DNA of 64,000 bases from a virus. The stretch covers positions 1-64,000 of IMG/VR virus record IMGVR_UViG_3300041405_000225. One strand, written 5' to 3'. Within the stretch, counting starts at the first letter, position 1, and each line of letters starts with the position of its first letter. The translations under genes were made by a program, and so were the position numbers. Shown here in pieces: positions 37,469 to 46,949 of this stretch. Under the pieces are notes generated by a model. The model searched no databases. It worked only from the letters and a program-made list of their open reading frames with translations, and had not been told where the DNA came from.

Positions 37469-37497
37469 AATTTATATCCGTTTTGATATCGCGTCAA
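37469..37497 (-). promoter_or_regulatory. Sigma70 promoter of TA operon (TTGACG-N17-TAAATT)
   Basis: Near-consensus hexamers. Confidence 0.6.
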
Positions 37498-37529
37498 GGG
37501 CAACTATTTCGGGCGCTATACGTCGCCCG

Positions 37530-37901
37530 TCAGCGGCTTGATTTCTTGCGTTTCGAGATCTTCAACAGGGTGTAACCCGTACCGCAGGACGTGCATCGCC
37601 CTTTCATTGAGCCGGAGCGGGTTTGTCGGAGCGTGCCGCCGCAGCTTGAACACGGTTGCTCCGCGACACGCTCGGCCATCCGTTTGTTGATTGCGTCGGT
37701 GTTGTTGCGCCTGGGTGCTCCTATCCCCAACGCTTTGCTGACACGCCGATATTCCTCTTTGATCCACTTACCATCCGGCTCATCGCCCATGCCATCGCCA
37801 AGCATGTCGCCCAGCTTGACCAGATCGCGGTACAAGGCCGCGGTTCGCTCATCACGGGGATTAGGTGCAGGGGCTGGCGAATCAAACAGGTCTGGCTGCA
37901 T
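37530..37901 (-). CDS. Zinc-ribbon-containing hypothetical protein
   Basis: CSSCG...CTSCG. Confidence 0.6.
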   Translation of the reverse strand: MQPDLFDSPAPAPNPRDERTAALYRDLVKLGDMLGDGMGDEPDGKWIKEEYRRVSKALGIGAPRRNNTDAINKRMAERVAEQPCSSCGGTLRQTRSGSMKGRCTSCGTGYTLLKISKRKKSSR

Positions 37902-38301
37902 GGGTAGCAACCTCCGCGTAGAGCACCAGCACCTCTGGCACCTGCACCACATCCCCCCGATTGAGTCTCACCAGTGCACGGCAGAAAGCCTGAAGGATTG
38001 TTTCGCCGCCGGCGATCCGGCAAAAGCCTTCAGGGCTATTGTCCCGGGCAAAGGCGCGAAAGCGTGGCGGCTCGCTTCCGTCCACTATCCCGAAGCTCTT
38101 CGCATGCTTGTCCATCAGCGGGCCGCCTTGGTTCCAGTCCGTGGAAGGCCGGTAGGCGTAGCCTCGATCCTCAAGGGACACGCGCCAGTAGGTGCCGTTG
38201 TGCGGTGGTGACAGCTTCACCGCCACACCCACAACTTGCGCCACCACCCAATCCAAGGCCCGCCCCTCAAGATCGGCAAGTTTTACCTCGATCATGTTCA
38301 T
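37882..38301 (-). CDS. NinX/DUF2591 family protein
   Basis: LEGRALDWVVA...YRPSTDWNQGGPLM. Confidence 0.8.
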   Translation of the reverse strand: MNMIEVKLADLEGRALDWVVAQVVGVAVKLSPPHNGTYWRVSLEDRGYAYRPSTDWNQGGPLMDKHAKSFGIVDGSEPPRFRAFARDNSPEGFCRIAGGETILQAFCRALVRLNRGDVVQVPEVLVLYAEVATHAARPV

Positions 38302-38615
38302 TGCGGCGACTCCACAGCGGGCACGAACGGCACAGTGATAATGCCGAAGCGCTCTGCCCCAATAGCGCTACGCCCACCTGGATGCGCACTCATCCAAGCT
38401 TCACGGGCTTCCTCAGCGCGCACCCACTCGTTTTGCGGCGCCGCAGTGTCCGGCCAGTCAGGTTTGCCCCGTTGGTAAGCCTCCAGTTCGCTTCGGAAAG
38501 CCTCTGCTTCAGCATGGCAGCCGAAGCCCTTGATGAATTCAGGCTGTTCGTAATCGACCTCAATCGTGACCAGGTAGCACTGGTGGGCAACGACTTTTTG
38601 CGGCTGCTCACTCAT
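38298..38615 (-). CDS. Hypothetical protein
   Basis: Coupled ORF. Confidence 0.6.
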   Translation of the reverse strand: MSEQPQKVVAHQCYLVTIEVDYEQPEFIKGFGCHAEAEAFRSELEAYQRGKPDWPDTAAPQNEWVRAEEAREAWMSAHPGGRSAIGAERFGIITVPFVPAVESPQ

Positions 38616-38848
38616 CACCACACCCCTCCGTTGATATGGCAGTACCCGGCAGCAGTCAGCCGAATGTGTTTCTCGCGCTCCCTCGGCGGGCCGTCACTAT
38701 CACCATCCATCACAAATAGAGTCGCTGACTCTTCGAACAGGTTCGCCTTGGTGCCGTACAGCTCAGTGGCCAGCGCTTTGGCTAGGGCTGTATCAGCAAC
38801 GATCTTGTCTATGAGCTGCTGCAACTCGGCCTCCTTGCGCTTACTCAT
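38615..38848 (-). CDS. Hypothetical protein
   Basis: Coupled ORF. Confidence 0.55.
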   Translation of the reverse strand: MSKRKEAELQQLIDKIVADTALAKALATELYGTKANLFEESATLFVMDGDSDGPPREREKHIRLTAAGYCHINGGVW

Positions 38849-39419
38849 CGACTGCACCCTCTAGCATCGTTTCCCCAATTGGCGGCTTCCACAGTGCCGC
38901 GCCGTGGTAGGTGTAACCCTTAGCGTTCAGGGTATTGATTGCGGCTACTGCTGCGCCCACAGCGCCTAACGTGTACACCGCCGTTTTCGAACACATGCGA
39001 TCGGTAATGAGTTCCGCGTATTCAGGAGTGAATACGGTCTGGTTACCACCGCACGCTGCGTAATCACCAATCACCGCAAATGGCTCAATGTCAGCCACGG
39101 ACGGTTCAGGGGTGGCGTCGAGCATCTGCGACCACGCACTGATAGCGCGCCCCCGGGCCAGATGCTTGTCATCAACCTCATCATCTACGGCCTTGAGCAT
39201 TTCGTTGGTTGGCTGGATTGGTACAAGCTTCCATCCATCCGGCACCACCGATACCGGCGCGGCGCGCAGGTTCCACGGCGTCATATCCTTCAGCACGTCA
39301 ACCGAGACATGGCAGTCCGTACACTGCACAAACTGACCATCGGCATTGGCATACCCCAGCAGATTTATTTCAGCGCACCCACACAACGGGCACGGCAAAA
39401 GTTTTATTTCGTTGGTCAT
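38841..39419 (-). CDS. Lar-like restriction alleviation domain protein
   Basis: LLPCPLCG...VQCTDC...WNLR, followed by VPDGWKLVPIQPT.EM module. Confidence 0.7.
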   Translation of the reverse strand: MTNEIKLLPCPLCGCAEINLLGYANADGQFVQCTDCHVSVDVLKDMTPWNLRAAPVSVVPDGWKLVPIQPTNEMLKAVDDEVDDKHLARGRAISAWSQMLDATPEPSVADIEPFAVIGDYAACGGNQTVFTPEYAELITDRMCSKTAVYTLGAVGAAVAAINTLNAKGYTYHGAALWKPPIGETMLEGAVDE

Positions 39420-39420
39420 G

Positions 39421-39708
39421 TCATTCGCCTTCGTTGGCCAGTTGGTTCAGGCGCTGGCCAGACGTGCCAGGGATTCCTTGGCTGCGCTCGATGCCTTGAG
39501 CGACCTCAACCAGCGCCAACCCTGCATAAGTGAATTCGTAACGCTTGAACCCCACAGACCGGATAAGCCCAACTCGCGCCAGCGACTTCATCCGGTCCGC
39601 TGGAACGTCATAACCCTGGCCATCCTCGGTGGTTTCATGAAACCGAAGAACATCCCTATGTTGTTGCTCAGTCAGCACCAGCTGCACTTCTATCGCTTTG
39701 TTCGTCAT
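39421..39708 (-). CDS. Winged-helix-like hypothetical protein
   Basis: MKSLARVGLIR...YEFTYAG. Confidence 0.55.
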   Translation of the reverse strand: MTNKAIEVQLVLTEQQHRDVLRFHETTEDGQGYDVPADRMKSLARVGLIRSVGFKRYEFTYAGLALVEVAQGIERSQGIPGTSGQRLNQLANEGE

Positions 39709-40196
39709 ACCGCCCCCCATGGCGTAAGTGGTGTGTCGTAACCCAGCGTTAGCGGGTGCAGTGGGTCGCCCGCCTTGGTGGTACCGAAATGCAGCACCGG
39801 CTTACCGCTGGCCAGCAACAGGTGCAGGGTGTTTTTGATGTAGTAGTGCAAGCTGGCCGGCACCTTGGCGGATACGCCCCAGCACGGCACCAGCACGTCG
39901 GCGACTTCGATAATCTCGCCCAAGTGCTGGATATGGTCGGGACCGCAGGGCTGCTCAATGGTCGCCAGTGCGTTTACGTCAGTCGCCCGGTATGAGAAGA
40001 CGTTGCCCACGACGAACTTGCGCCCACCGTTGCGCAGCGTGAAACCGCGCCACTTGCGCACGGTGTGATCGTCAATCAAGGCGTCTGCGGTTGATGGGTT
40101 GATGCCGAAGTACGCGATCACCAGGCCTTGCTCTTGGATGTCGCGATCGAGGCGGTAGCGATACAGTCCGCAGTCGCTGAGTACGGCACTATTCAT
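39705..40196 (-). CDS. DUF1643 family protein
   Basis: SDCGLYRYRL...NPSTAD...DDHTVRK...NVFSYRATD...TKAGDPLHPL. Confidence 0.85.
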   Translation of the reverse strand: MNSAVLSDCGLYRYRLDRDIQEQGLVIAYFGINPSTADALIDDHTVRKWRGFTLRNGGRKFVVGNVFSYRATDVNALATIEQPCGPDHIQHLGEIIEVADVLVPCWGVSAKVPASLHYYIKNTLHLLLASGKPVLHFGTTKAGDPLHPLTLGYDTPLTPWGAV

Positions 40197-40420
40197 GGCT
40201 TTACCTGCTCGCCCGTGGCGATGTTGCGGACTGAGAAAAGCTTGTAGCCCTTTGGGATAGCATCCGGGTATTGGGCCGCAGTAACGATTTCATGAATATC
40301 CTCGGTGCCCATGTCTTCGGATTTCACAGTAAAACCTTTCTTTCCCCACTTTGGGTCAGGTCGCATCCCGTCAGAAAGGGAATAACCGATTACTCGATAT
40401 TCGATGCTGAACACCGTCAT
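40193..40420 (-). CDS. Hypothetical protein
   Basis: Coupled ORF. Confidence 0.6.
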   Translation of the reverse strand: MTVFSIEYRVIGYSLSDGMRPDPKWGKKGFTVKSEDMGTEDIHEIVTAAQYPDAIPKGYKLFSVRNIATGEQVKP

Positions 40421-40539
40421 TCGCTTGCACCCGATTCGATTGGATTGATCTCGGGCGCTACAACCGCGACAGGTACCGGGTGTGCAAGACGCTGCAACAG
40501 GTCGAGGGATAACCCTTCAATCGTCTGGTACTTGCTCAT
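40417..40539 (-). CDS. 40-aa hypothetical protein (below ORF-track cutoff)
   Basis: MSKYQTIEGLSLDLLQRLAHPVPVAVVAPEINPIESGASE; ATGA overlaps on both sides fill the operon gap exactly. Confidence 0.55.
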   Translation of the reverse strand: MSKYQTIEGLSLDLLQRLAHPVPVAVVAPEINPIESGASE

Positions 40540-40745
40540 AAGTGCAATCTCTCCTTGATCTCGGTGTACTGGTCAGCGCTCAGCTTGTGGTGATGCATCG
40601 CTTCGCGTAGCAGCGTTTGCGCGGCAGAAACATGCTCCGGGGTCTTACCTTCCGAGAGTTTTTCGACTGTGCGCTCAACATGGCCGCGACTGGTGAACGT
40701 GATCCCGTGCGACTTCCACGGGAATTTTTGTTGGCCTGGGATCAT
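40536..40745 (-). CDS. Hypothetical protein
   Basis: Coupled ORF. Confidence 0.55.
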   Translation of the reverse strand: MIPGQQKFPWKSHGITFTSRGHVERTVEKLSEGKTPEHVSAAQTLLREAMHHHKLSADQYTEIKERLHL

Positions 40746-41236
40746 TGGTCACCGCCTTGACCTGCCTGATTGGCGTTGCGGAATTCCACAAAGCAGTGAG
40801 CCAGGTCATCGGCGCCGTTCTGTACAAGATCCGGCGTGTCCGTGAGATACGGCAGTGCCTTCCCCATCAGCCGCAAGGCCTCTGCCAACTGCTTTTGCAG
40901 CGCAGCCACATGCGCCTGCGATCGGGATAATTCCGACTCATCACTGGCGGTGCCAGCTACCACTACAGGCGTGTGGTTAGGGACATAGTTGATAAGCCCT
41001 TTGGCTTGAATGCAGCGAAGCGCTTCACGCACCGGCATACGACTGATGCCGTAGTGGTCAGCGATGGATTGCTGACTCATCTTGGTGCCGATCGGTAGCG
41101 CTCCGCTGGTGATGGCCAGCGCAAGCTGACCAGCGATAAACACACCGTCAACCTGGCGGTCAGGGCGTGGCCCCAGCGCATTCAGAAGTACTTCACACAT
41201 GGCAACTCTCCCGTACTCAATCGTGTAGGTGCGCAC
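40742..41236 (-). CDS. GntR-family HTH domain protein
   Basis: ITSGALPIGTKMSQQSIADHYGISRMPVREAL. Confidence 0.8.
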   Translation of the reverse strand: MRTYTIEYGRVAMCEVLLNALGPRPDRQVDGVFIAGQLALAITSGALPIGTKMSQQSIADHYGISRMPVREALRCIQAKGLINYVPNHTPVVVAGTASDESELSRSQAHVAALQKQLAEALRLMGKALPYLTDTPDLVQNGADDLAHCFVEFRNANQAGQGGDQ

Positions 41237-41567
41237 GGTTCCCCGTGTGCTGGTAATGCATGTCTTGAATGGCCAGCTGCTGATCGACAGTGAACAACGG
41301 GTTGCAAGTGTTGCAGTGCCCCGCCACTTTGATGGCCGAGTAGTGAAGCGATATTGAGCTGTAATCCCGGTAGCAGGATGGGCAGCGAATCCCCTCCACG
41401 TTGCAGCAGGTCAGGGCCTTGTCATCGTCGTCGTGGTGCTCCGCGCATACCGGGCAGACGTAGATGGTGTGGACTTCCGGCATGCAACATTCACGCGCAC
41501 CGTCTTCATCTTCGTGAATGTCTTTGCACTCACCGCAGCGGTACAGCTCTTTAACTTTTATGTTCAA
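41217..41567 (-). CDS. Cys-rich metal-binding protein
   Basis: Multiple CxxC motifs. Confidence 0.6.
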   Translation of the reverse strand: MNIKVKELYRCGECKDIHEDEDGARECCMPEVHTIYVCPVCAEHHDDDDKALTCCNVEGIRCPSCYRDYSSISLHYSAIKVAGHCNTCNPLFTVDQQLAIQDMHYQHTGNRAHLHD

Positions 41568-41581
41568 GGCTGAATCCCCAG

Positions 41582-42193
41582 TCAGGCGATGACCCGCTCA
41601 CCGATAACAGCAGTCGTGAAAGACGGTGTGTATTCGACTTCAAGGCTGAATGCACCTGCGCAGATACCGCACGTCATCGTCTTGCTTCTGTAGTCCTCGG
41701 TCTCCAGATGGACTTTGGTGGCGCAATGCGGACACAGGCACTCATCCATGCACTCAAAGTCGTGATCGTCGTAGCCCTCTTCGGCGAACTTGGCCAGCGC
41801 TTCAGCCTTGGCGATCGCAGCTAAAACATCACCGCACGGCTTGCACATAAAGCCATCCGGGTGTCCCCACGGTGTTTCTGTGAGCTTTGAACGATGGGTA
41901 CTGCACCGCACGCATACGTTGTGTTTGTCACAAACGACGTAGCTGTATTTCTCACCTTTCCCGTTGCACTTTGCGCAGCCAGACACCCAGTACCAGGCGC
42001 CCTCGATCCGCTCGGCGTACAGCCCAACCTCGGGCGGATCCAGACGCACTTCGGGAAGGCCGTTACGGTGCGGACGCCCGTGCAACGCGTTATTCCATAT
42101 GCAGGTGTTGCCAGAACGCGTGAGGTCAGTCCATTCACCGGATATTTCCGGGATCAGGATCTTGGTGTCTTTGTCCATGGGGTGAAACTCCAT
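41582..42193 (-). CDS. Cys-rich hypothetical protein
   Basis: Multiple CxxC motifs. Confidence 0.6.
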   Translation of the reverse strand: MEFHPMDKDTKILIPEISGEWTDLTRSGNTCIWNNALHGRPHRNGLPEVRLDPPEVGLYAERIEGAWYWVSGCAKCNGKGEKYSYVVCDKHNVCVRCSTHRSKLTETPWGHPDGFMCKPCGDVLAAIAKAEALAKFAEEGYDDHDFECMDECLCPHCATKVHLETEDYRSKTMTCGICAGAFSLEVEYTPSFTTAVIGERVIA

Positions 42194-42233
42194 TCATGCG
42201 CCGCCATCGAGCACGACAGCGGCGCAGCAGTGA

Positions 42234-43241
42234 TCAGGCCTTGGCCCGCTTCAGTTGATCCATCAGCGCCGTCGGCAGACTGCGCAAGGTCAGAGTGCCG
42301 CCCTCTTTGTCGAACTCGACCTTGTTGCCCAGCAGGTGCGATTCGAAGCTGATCGACAGGCCTTCAGTGCGGGCGGTGAAGCGGCGGAATTGGTTGATGG
42401 TGCGCTTGTCGGCTGGGATCTCAGGCGACAGACCATAGGCCGCGTCACGGGCGAACTCGGCAAACGCCTTGGGGTTGTCCTCATCGATCAGCTCTGACAG
42501 CTCGTCGAGGGTGAGCAGACCGCCGATTTTGGTCTGACTGGTGGCGTAGTCGACCAGCGTTAGGGTTTTCTCCCGGGCGGACTCTTCCGACAGATCCTCG
42601 CGTTCCACAAAGTCGCTGAAGGCTTTGAGCAAGGTCCGGGTTTCGCCCGGCGAATCGATACCTTCCTGGCAGCCGATGAAGTCACGGAAGTACTCCGACG
42701 ACTTGCGCCCGTTCTTGCCCTTGATGAAGGAAATGTACTGCCTCGACTTCGGGTTGCCCTGCCATTCAGAAATGTTGATACGCGCGGCCAGGTGCAGCTG
42801 GCTCAGATCCAGATGGCGGGCCGGGCTGACATCGAGCTGTTCGGTCACAGTCACGCCGTCGCTGTGGTGCAGAAGTGCGATCGCCAGATAGTCGGTAAGG
42901 CCCTGCTGGTAGTGGGCAAACAGAACGTGGCCACCGACGGACAGATTCGATTCTTCCATCAGCTTTTGCAGGTGCTCCACCGCGTCACGACTGAACTGAA
43001 TGAACTCAGTAGTCCCGGCCAGATACTGTTTCAGCCAGCCGCTGAATGGGAACGCCCCGGATTCAGCATGGAACAAGCCCCACGCTTTGCCCTGCTTGGC
43101 GTTGTAGCTCTCGTTCAGGTCGCCCAGCATGTTGTCGAGTGCGGCGGATTCGGCCAGTTCGGTGTCACGAGCGTGCAGCACCGCGGGGGTGCCGTCAGGC
43201 TTCTTGTCGATCAGGTGCACGATGGCATGGCGGATTGGCAT
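42234..43241 (-). CDS. ndpA: Nucleoid-associated protein YejK/NdpA (phage copy)
   Basis: [17 protein letters not shown]...[18 protein letters not shown]...[20 protein letters not shown]. Confidence 0.9.
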   Translation of the reverse strand: MPIRHAIVHLIDKKPDGTPAVLHARDTELAESAALDNMLGDLNESYNAKQGKAWGLFHAESGAFPFSGWLKQYLAGTTEFIQFSRDAVEHLQKLMEESNLSVGGHVLFAHYQQGLTDYLAIALLHHSDGVTVTEQLDVSPARHLDLSQLHLAARINISEWQGNPKSRQYISFIKGKNGRKSSEYFRDFIGCQEGIDSPGETRTLLKAFSDFVEREDLSEESAREKTLTLVDYATSQTKIGGLLTLDELSELIDEDNPKAFAEFARDAAYGLSPEIPADKRTINQFRRFTARTEGLSISFESHLLGNKVEFDKEGGTLTLRSLPTALMDQLKRAKA

Positions 43242-43294
43242 TTGATGTCCTTGAGAAAAGTTCGGCGCACCACCAACGGCGCGCCGGCTGGCGA

Positions 43295-44065
43295 TTAGTC
43301 GAGGTGGTAGGTGAAGTCTTCTTCGCGGCAGTCGACGATTAGCTTGGCGCCACCGAAATACAGGGCCGCAATCTGGCGTTGCCACTTCGACGTCATGTTG
43401 AAGTGACGCCCGATCGGCTGGCCGTCCAACTGCGCGCTGTAGACCTCGCCGTATTCGTGGCCTTTGTCGGTGTGGCCAGTGATACGAATGCTCAGCCGAT
43501 TGGCGTAATCCGCCTCGGAGCGGGTCCGCTCGCGCAGCTTGTTGCGATCGCGGTAGCTGATTTCTGGCTCTGCGTCGAAGAAAACGTGAACATAGCGCAC
43601 GCGCGCACCGCCGGCTTCGTTGATGGTGATATGCGGTACATGCCAAGCCTTTTCGCTTGCCTTTTCCTGATTCACATCGACGAACGCCTCAAGCAGCTGA
43701 TTCAGGCTGATGAACTCAGGGATCACGTCGTCATGCAGCACTTCGTCAATCGCCTGTTCGGCGCGACGTAGCATGTCGCCGGTCACGCCTGCATCCATCC
43801 AGCGCTTTTTGAGCGATGTAATGATCAGGTCGTTGTAGCGCGGTAGATCGATCAGGTTGGAAATGTTCGATGGCAGGGCCTTGGCAATCTCATCGCGCAC
43901 CGAACTGCTGAAGGTGCCGTGGGGGCTGAAGACATCCTTGACGACATCGGTAAACAAACGCTCTACACAGGCCTTGATGATCTCGCCAGGCCGGTCGCTG
44001 TTTGAAAAGGCTTTGACATGCTCTGTCATCACCTCTTCAAGCGTCTTACTTTTCGCTGCACACAT
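43295..44065 (-). CDS. Hypothetical phage protein
   Basis: 256-aa ORF, GGAG RBS. Confidence 0.65.
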   Translation of the reverse strand: MCAAKSKTLEEVMTEHVKAFSNSDRPGEIIKACVERLFTDVVKDVFSPHGTFSSSVRDEIAKALPSNISNLIDLPRYNDLIITSLKKRWMDAGVTGDMLRRAEQAIDEVLHDDVIPEFISLNQLLEAFVDVNQEKASEKAWHVPHITINEAGGARVRYVHVFFDAEPEISYRDRNKLRERTRSEADYANRLSIRITGHTDKGHEYGEVYSAQLDGQPIGRHFNMTSKWQRQIAALYFGGAKLIVDCREEDFTYHLD

Positions 44066-44096
44066 AGTGTTACTCCCTACTTCACACTCGTGAAAA

Positions 44097-44456
44097 TCAG
44101 TCGTTGGCGTGCGGGATATCGAGAATCACGCGACGCCCTATGAACGGTTCCAGCCGTTTCGCCAGCAGCGCGGCCACTTCCTGCCGCCCGGTCTTGCCTG
44201 CTGATCCCAAACTGCTGCCTTCAAGGGCCTCGACCAGAATCGCCGCGTTCGTGTGCCCCACCTCCACCGCCTGCCCGGCCTCCAACCGCTGCACCAGATC
44301 GGTAGCAGCCAGCGCCCAAACGTCGGCGCTGAAAAACGGCTCTTCAACCGTTTCGAAGGTTTCAAGCATTACCTGGGGGGAGGACAGGAACCGAAGCCGG
44401 TCGAGCAAGACACCTGCTGCGAACCGGCTTATCACCAAAAACTGCGGAGAATTCAT
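44097..44456 (-). CDS. Hypothetical protein
   Basis: First gene behind early promoter copy 3. Confidence 0.55.
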   Translation of the reverse strand: MNSPQFLVISRFAAGVLLDRLRFLSSPQVMLETFETVEEPFFSADVWALAATDLVQRLEAGQAVEVGHTNAAILVEALEGSSLGSAGKTGRQEVAALLAKRLEPFIGRRVILDIPHAND

Positions 44457-44490
44457 CGTCTGAGCCCTGGACTGGTTAACCGTCCTAGAC

Positions 44491-44534
44491 ATAATGACAC
44501 AACATCACAATATCACAATAGCGTTTCTATGTTT
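44491..44534 (-). promoter_or_regulatory. Early promoter family copy 3
   Basis: CATAGAAACGCTA-TTGTGA-N16-CATTAT. Confidence 0.7.
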
Positions 44535-44552
44535 TTGTGATGGACTGATTCC

Positions 44553-44972
44553 CTACGCGGCTGCCTCGTTCTGATGGTCCTGGTACTGCTGGCTGGCGTA
44601 CCACTTGGCCAACAGCGCCCGGACCTCTACCGGCACATCGCGCCCCGCTACCTCAACCATCTGCGTGCAGGCCTCCAGCAACGCGATCTCCCGCGCATAC
44701 TCAGCAATGAACTCGGCCTTGTTGCCGTGAACCGCCTTCATCGACTTGATGGGGCCGGTACCGGGCTGGTGGTGGCCAGCGCACAGCGGCAACACGTACC
44801 AGTGCGCGTGCTTCTTGGTGCGCCCGTCACAGTGGTGGATCGACACGTACGCGTGCTCTTCGTAATTGCGCGGCCTGCCGTCCAAGATGCAGCAGATACA
44901 CCCGCACACGTCTGCTACGGTGTCGTGCCAGCGTTGTTCACCCTTCGTCTTACTTCTTCCGTCCATTGCCAT
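44553..44972 (-). CDS. ref: Ref-family RecA-dependent HNH nuclease
   Basis: GCICC...SIHHCDGRTK..AH..VLPLCAGHHQ...VHGNK. Confidence 0.85.
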   Translation of the reverse strand: MAMDGRSKTKGEQRWHDTVADVCGCICCILDGRPRNYEEHAYVSIHHCDGRTKKHAHWYVLPLCAGHHQPGTGPIKSMKAVHGNKAEFIAEYAREIALLEACTQMVEVAGRDVPVEVRALLAKWYASQQYQDHQNEAAA

Positions 44973-44983
44973 GCTCACCACCC

Positions 44984-46027
44984 CTACGCGGTCAGTCGGT
45001 TTTTAAAATCGCCACCCACCAGTTGCCCGAGCTTTGCTCTGGCCTGTTTGGCGACGTCGGTTATCTCGGACTTGGCGCCAGCCTTGATTGCGGGCGGCGC
45101 GACTTGAATAGGGGCTGCATTGGCAGCGGTGGCCACGGCCTTTTCGGCGCTCTCGCGGCGCAGGCGCTGTTTTTCCTGCGCTTGGGCTTTCACCACGTAG
45201 GATTCACAGTGGCGCAGTAGGGAGGCGATCGGGTGGCAGTTGTCGGCAATGGATGGCGTCTTGACCGCTTCGACGTAATACCGGGCGGTGAGGGGCGCGA
45301 TGTCCTGCCCAATGCGCTCGACAAGCTTGGCCATCTGTCCGCCGATCGTGGCGTTGTAGATCGGCCACTGGCGGTATTTGGTGTTGAACGCGATGGCATA
45401 CGCCAGCCAGGCCGCAAAAGTTTTGCTCTTCGGGCTCTGCGGGTAGTTGGCCGGCGCCAGCGCCAGCGCCTTTCGCTCTTCGTCACTCAGCGAGCAGTCG
45501 TCGTTCGCTCCCGCAGGGTCGTCGGTGAGGTTTTTGACTGCTCTTTCAATGCTAACTGCTTGTTTATTATTAACTAAAGCGTCCGGGTTAGCCGTATCCG
45601 GTTGAGCCGTATTCGGCGAATCCTCACTCGGTGCCACCGTTTCCGGCAAATCCGTAACCGGTTCGCCCTTGCTCTTTTTCTGGCTCGCGATGAACAACGC
45701 ACCAGCATCAAGATCCGGGTTTTCGGATACTTCGTAGGTCATCCCCTGGAAGGTGCCGCCCTGTCGGTCGTAGTGGCGGACCACGTAACCGGCCATTTGC
45801 AGTTCCTTGAGGATGCCATACACCTTGTCGCGGCCCGATCGCTTGCCCAAGCAATTACGCGTACGGGCCAGCAAGTCTTCAACGCGGACTTCCCAGTGAT
45901 CCGGCTTGCTCAGCAAATACACGAGCATGCCGCGGGCTTCCCAGCTCAATCGGTTGTCTTCGATTGTGGTCGTGGGCAGGACGTAGAACTGGCTTTTACG
46001 AGCGGCGCGAATGATGCTCATCAGCAC
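44984..46027 (-). CDS. Phage replication initiator (lambda O-like, N-terminal wHTH)
   Basis: DNRLSWEARGMLVYLLSKPDHW...ILKELQMAGYV; internal iterons. Confidence 0.8.
   Translation of the reverse strand: MLMSIIRAARKSQFYVLPTTTIEDNRLSWEARGMLVYLLSKPDHWEVRVEDLLARTRNCLGKRSGRDKVYGILKELQMAGYVVRHYDRQGGTFQGMTYEVSENPDLDAGALFIASQKKSKGEPVTDLPETVAPSEDSPNTAQPDTANPDALVNNKQAVSIERAVKNLTDDPAGANDDCSLSDEERKALALAPANYPQSPKSKTFAAWLAYAIAFNTKYRQWPIYNATIGGQMAKLVERIGQDIAPLTARYYVEAVKTPSIADNCHPIASLLRHCESYVVKAQAQEKQRLRRESAEKAVATAANAAPIQVAPPAIKAGAKSEITDVAKQARAKLGQLVGGDFKNRLTA
45561..45661. repeat. Putative replication origin: CCGTWWYCGG iterons at 15-bp period plus AT-rich tract
   Basis: Copies at 45592, 45607, 45637, 45652 (degenerate at 45577, 45622); AT-rich 45561-45578. 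Confidence 0.6.
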
Positions 46028-46297
46028 CCCCTGTTAGGTGTGCTACATGGGCAATAACGGGTCGACTCGCGCAGAAATGCCGGAAACATCCGACAAAACT
46101 GGCAAAAAGAATGATTGCAAAGCCAGGGGAGGCTTTGCTATGGGGACAATTATGGTAAAGTCGGGGCACGATGCTTCACATCTCCTAAGCAATTGGGCGA
46201 TGTCTCATCTGAATCCCACGGCTGAAAGCTTTGAAAAAAAGCAGGCCTAAAGCATGGAAGGCTTTGTGGTGCAAAGGGTCTAAGCATCGGTAGTGTT

Positions 46298-46342
46298 AAA
46301 AAAAGAACCTTCGCTTGCAGGCGGTCCGGGTTCTTTTTTTTT
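46298..46342. terminator. Bidirectional hairpin/terminator in rep leader
   Basis: AAAAAAAGAACC...GGTTCTTTTTTT. Confidence 0.7.
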
Positions 46343-46469
46343 GCCTCTAATTCGGTGATTCAAAGGATAAGCTGCGCGCTGTATACCATACAGGCTTAGT
46401 GCCAGCCAATTAATCCCTTATCCCCGGACATTGTAAATACTGTTCTTTTGAACAGCCCTCCTATTTTCG

Positions 46470-46949
46470 TCATCCCCGAGGGAGCTTTTTGAGCTTCCCC
46501 ATCGTCTTCTGATAGAAGGCTTCTGAAACACCTCTGAGCCCCAAACAGGCTTGCTCAAGCTGCTCGAAATTGCGCTTGCCCACCACGACCGGCACACCTT
46601 CGCCGCGTGCATCAGCCATGCGCTTCAGCCGTCGCGCGCGATTCAGAGACGCACGTAATTCCGGGTAGGGATAAGGCTGGTCCAAATAGCCGAAAGGCAG
46701 GCCTATAGCCTCTTCTACCTTGCGTGCCAAGAACTCAGGGAACCCGCCTTTGGCTTGCATAGCCTGGGTGATCTGGTTTGCGATCGCATGACATTCAGCG
46801 TCCGGCAAATGCGACAGCAACGCGCGCATACCCCTCGGACTGTGCAGGTCTGAATACAAGCTAAATCGTTGCTGTCGTGCCCGCTTCCCGGCGTCAACCG
46901 CTTCCCTCGCGGTAGTGGCGCCTTCAAACACTTCTAGGTTCATGCTCAA
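46470..46949 (-). CDS. Candidate immunity repressor (CI-like HTH, no S24 peptidase domain)
   Basis: LARKVEEAIGLPFGYLD motif of phage repressor HTH domains; at the divergence point of transcription. Confidence 0.55.
   Translation of the reverse strand: MSMNLEVFEGATTAREAVDAGKRARQQRFSLYSDLHSPRGMRALLSHLPDAECHAIANQITQAMQAKGGFPEFLARKVEEAIGLPFGYLDQPYPYPELRASLNRARRLKRMADARGEGVPVVVGKRNFEQLEQACLGLRGVSEAFYQKTMGKLKKLPRG

Noticed and set aside
43242-43646. N-terminal extension of the YejK ORF in the track (likewise 49416-49691 for integrase and 62040-62117 for capsid)
   Set aside because: Overlaps another gene or regulatory DNA; family similarity and RBS support the downstream ATG
46379-46393. LexA-like palindrome CTGTATACCATACAG upstream of rep
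   Set aside because: Spacer is 7 nt rather than the 8 nt required for a canonical SOS box
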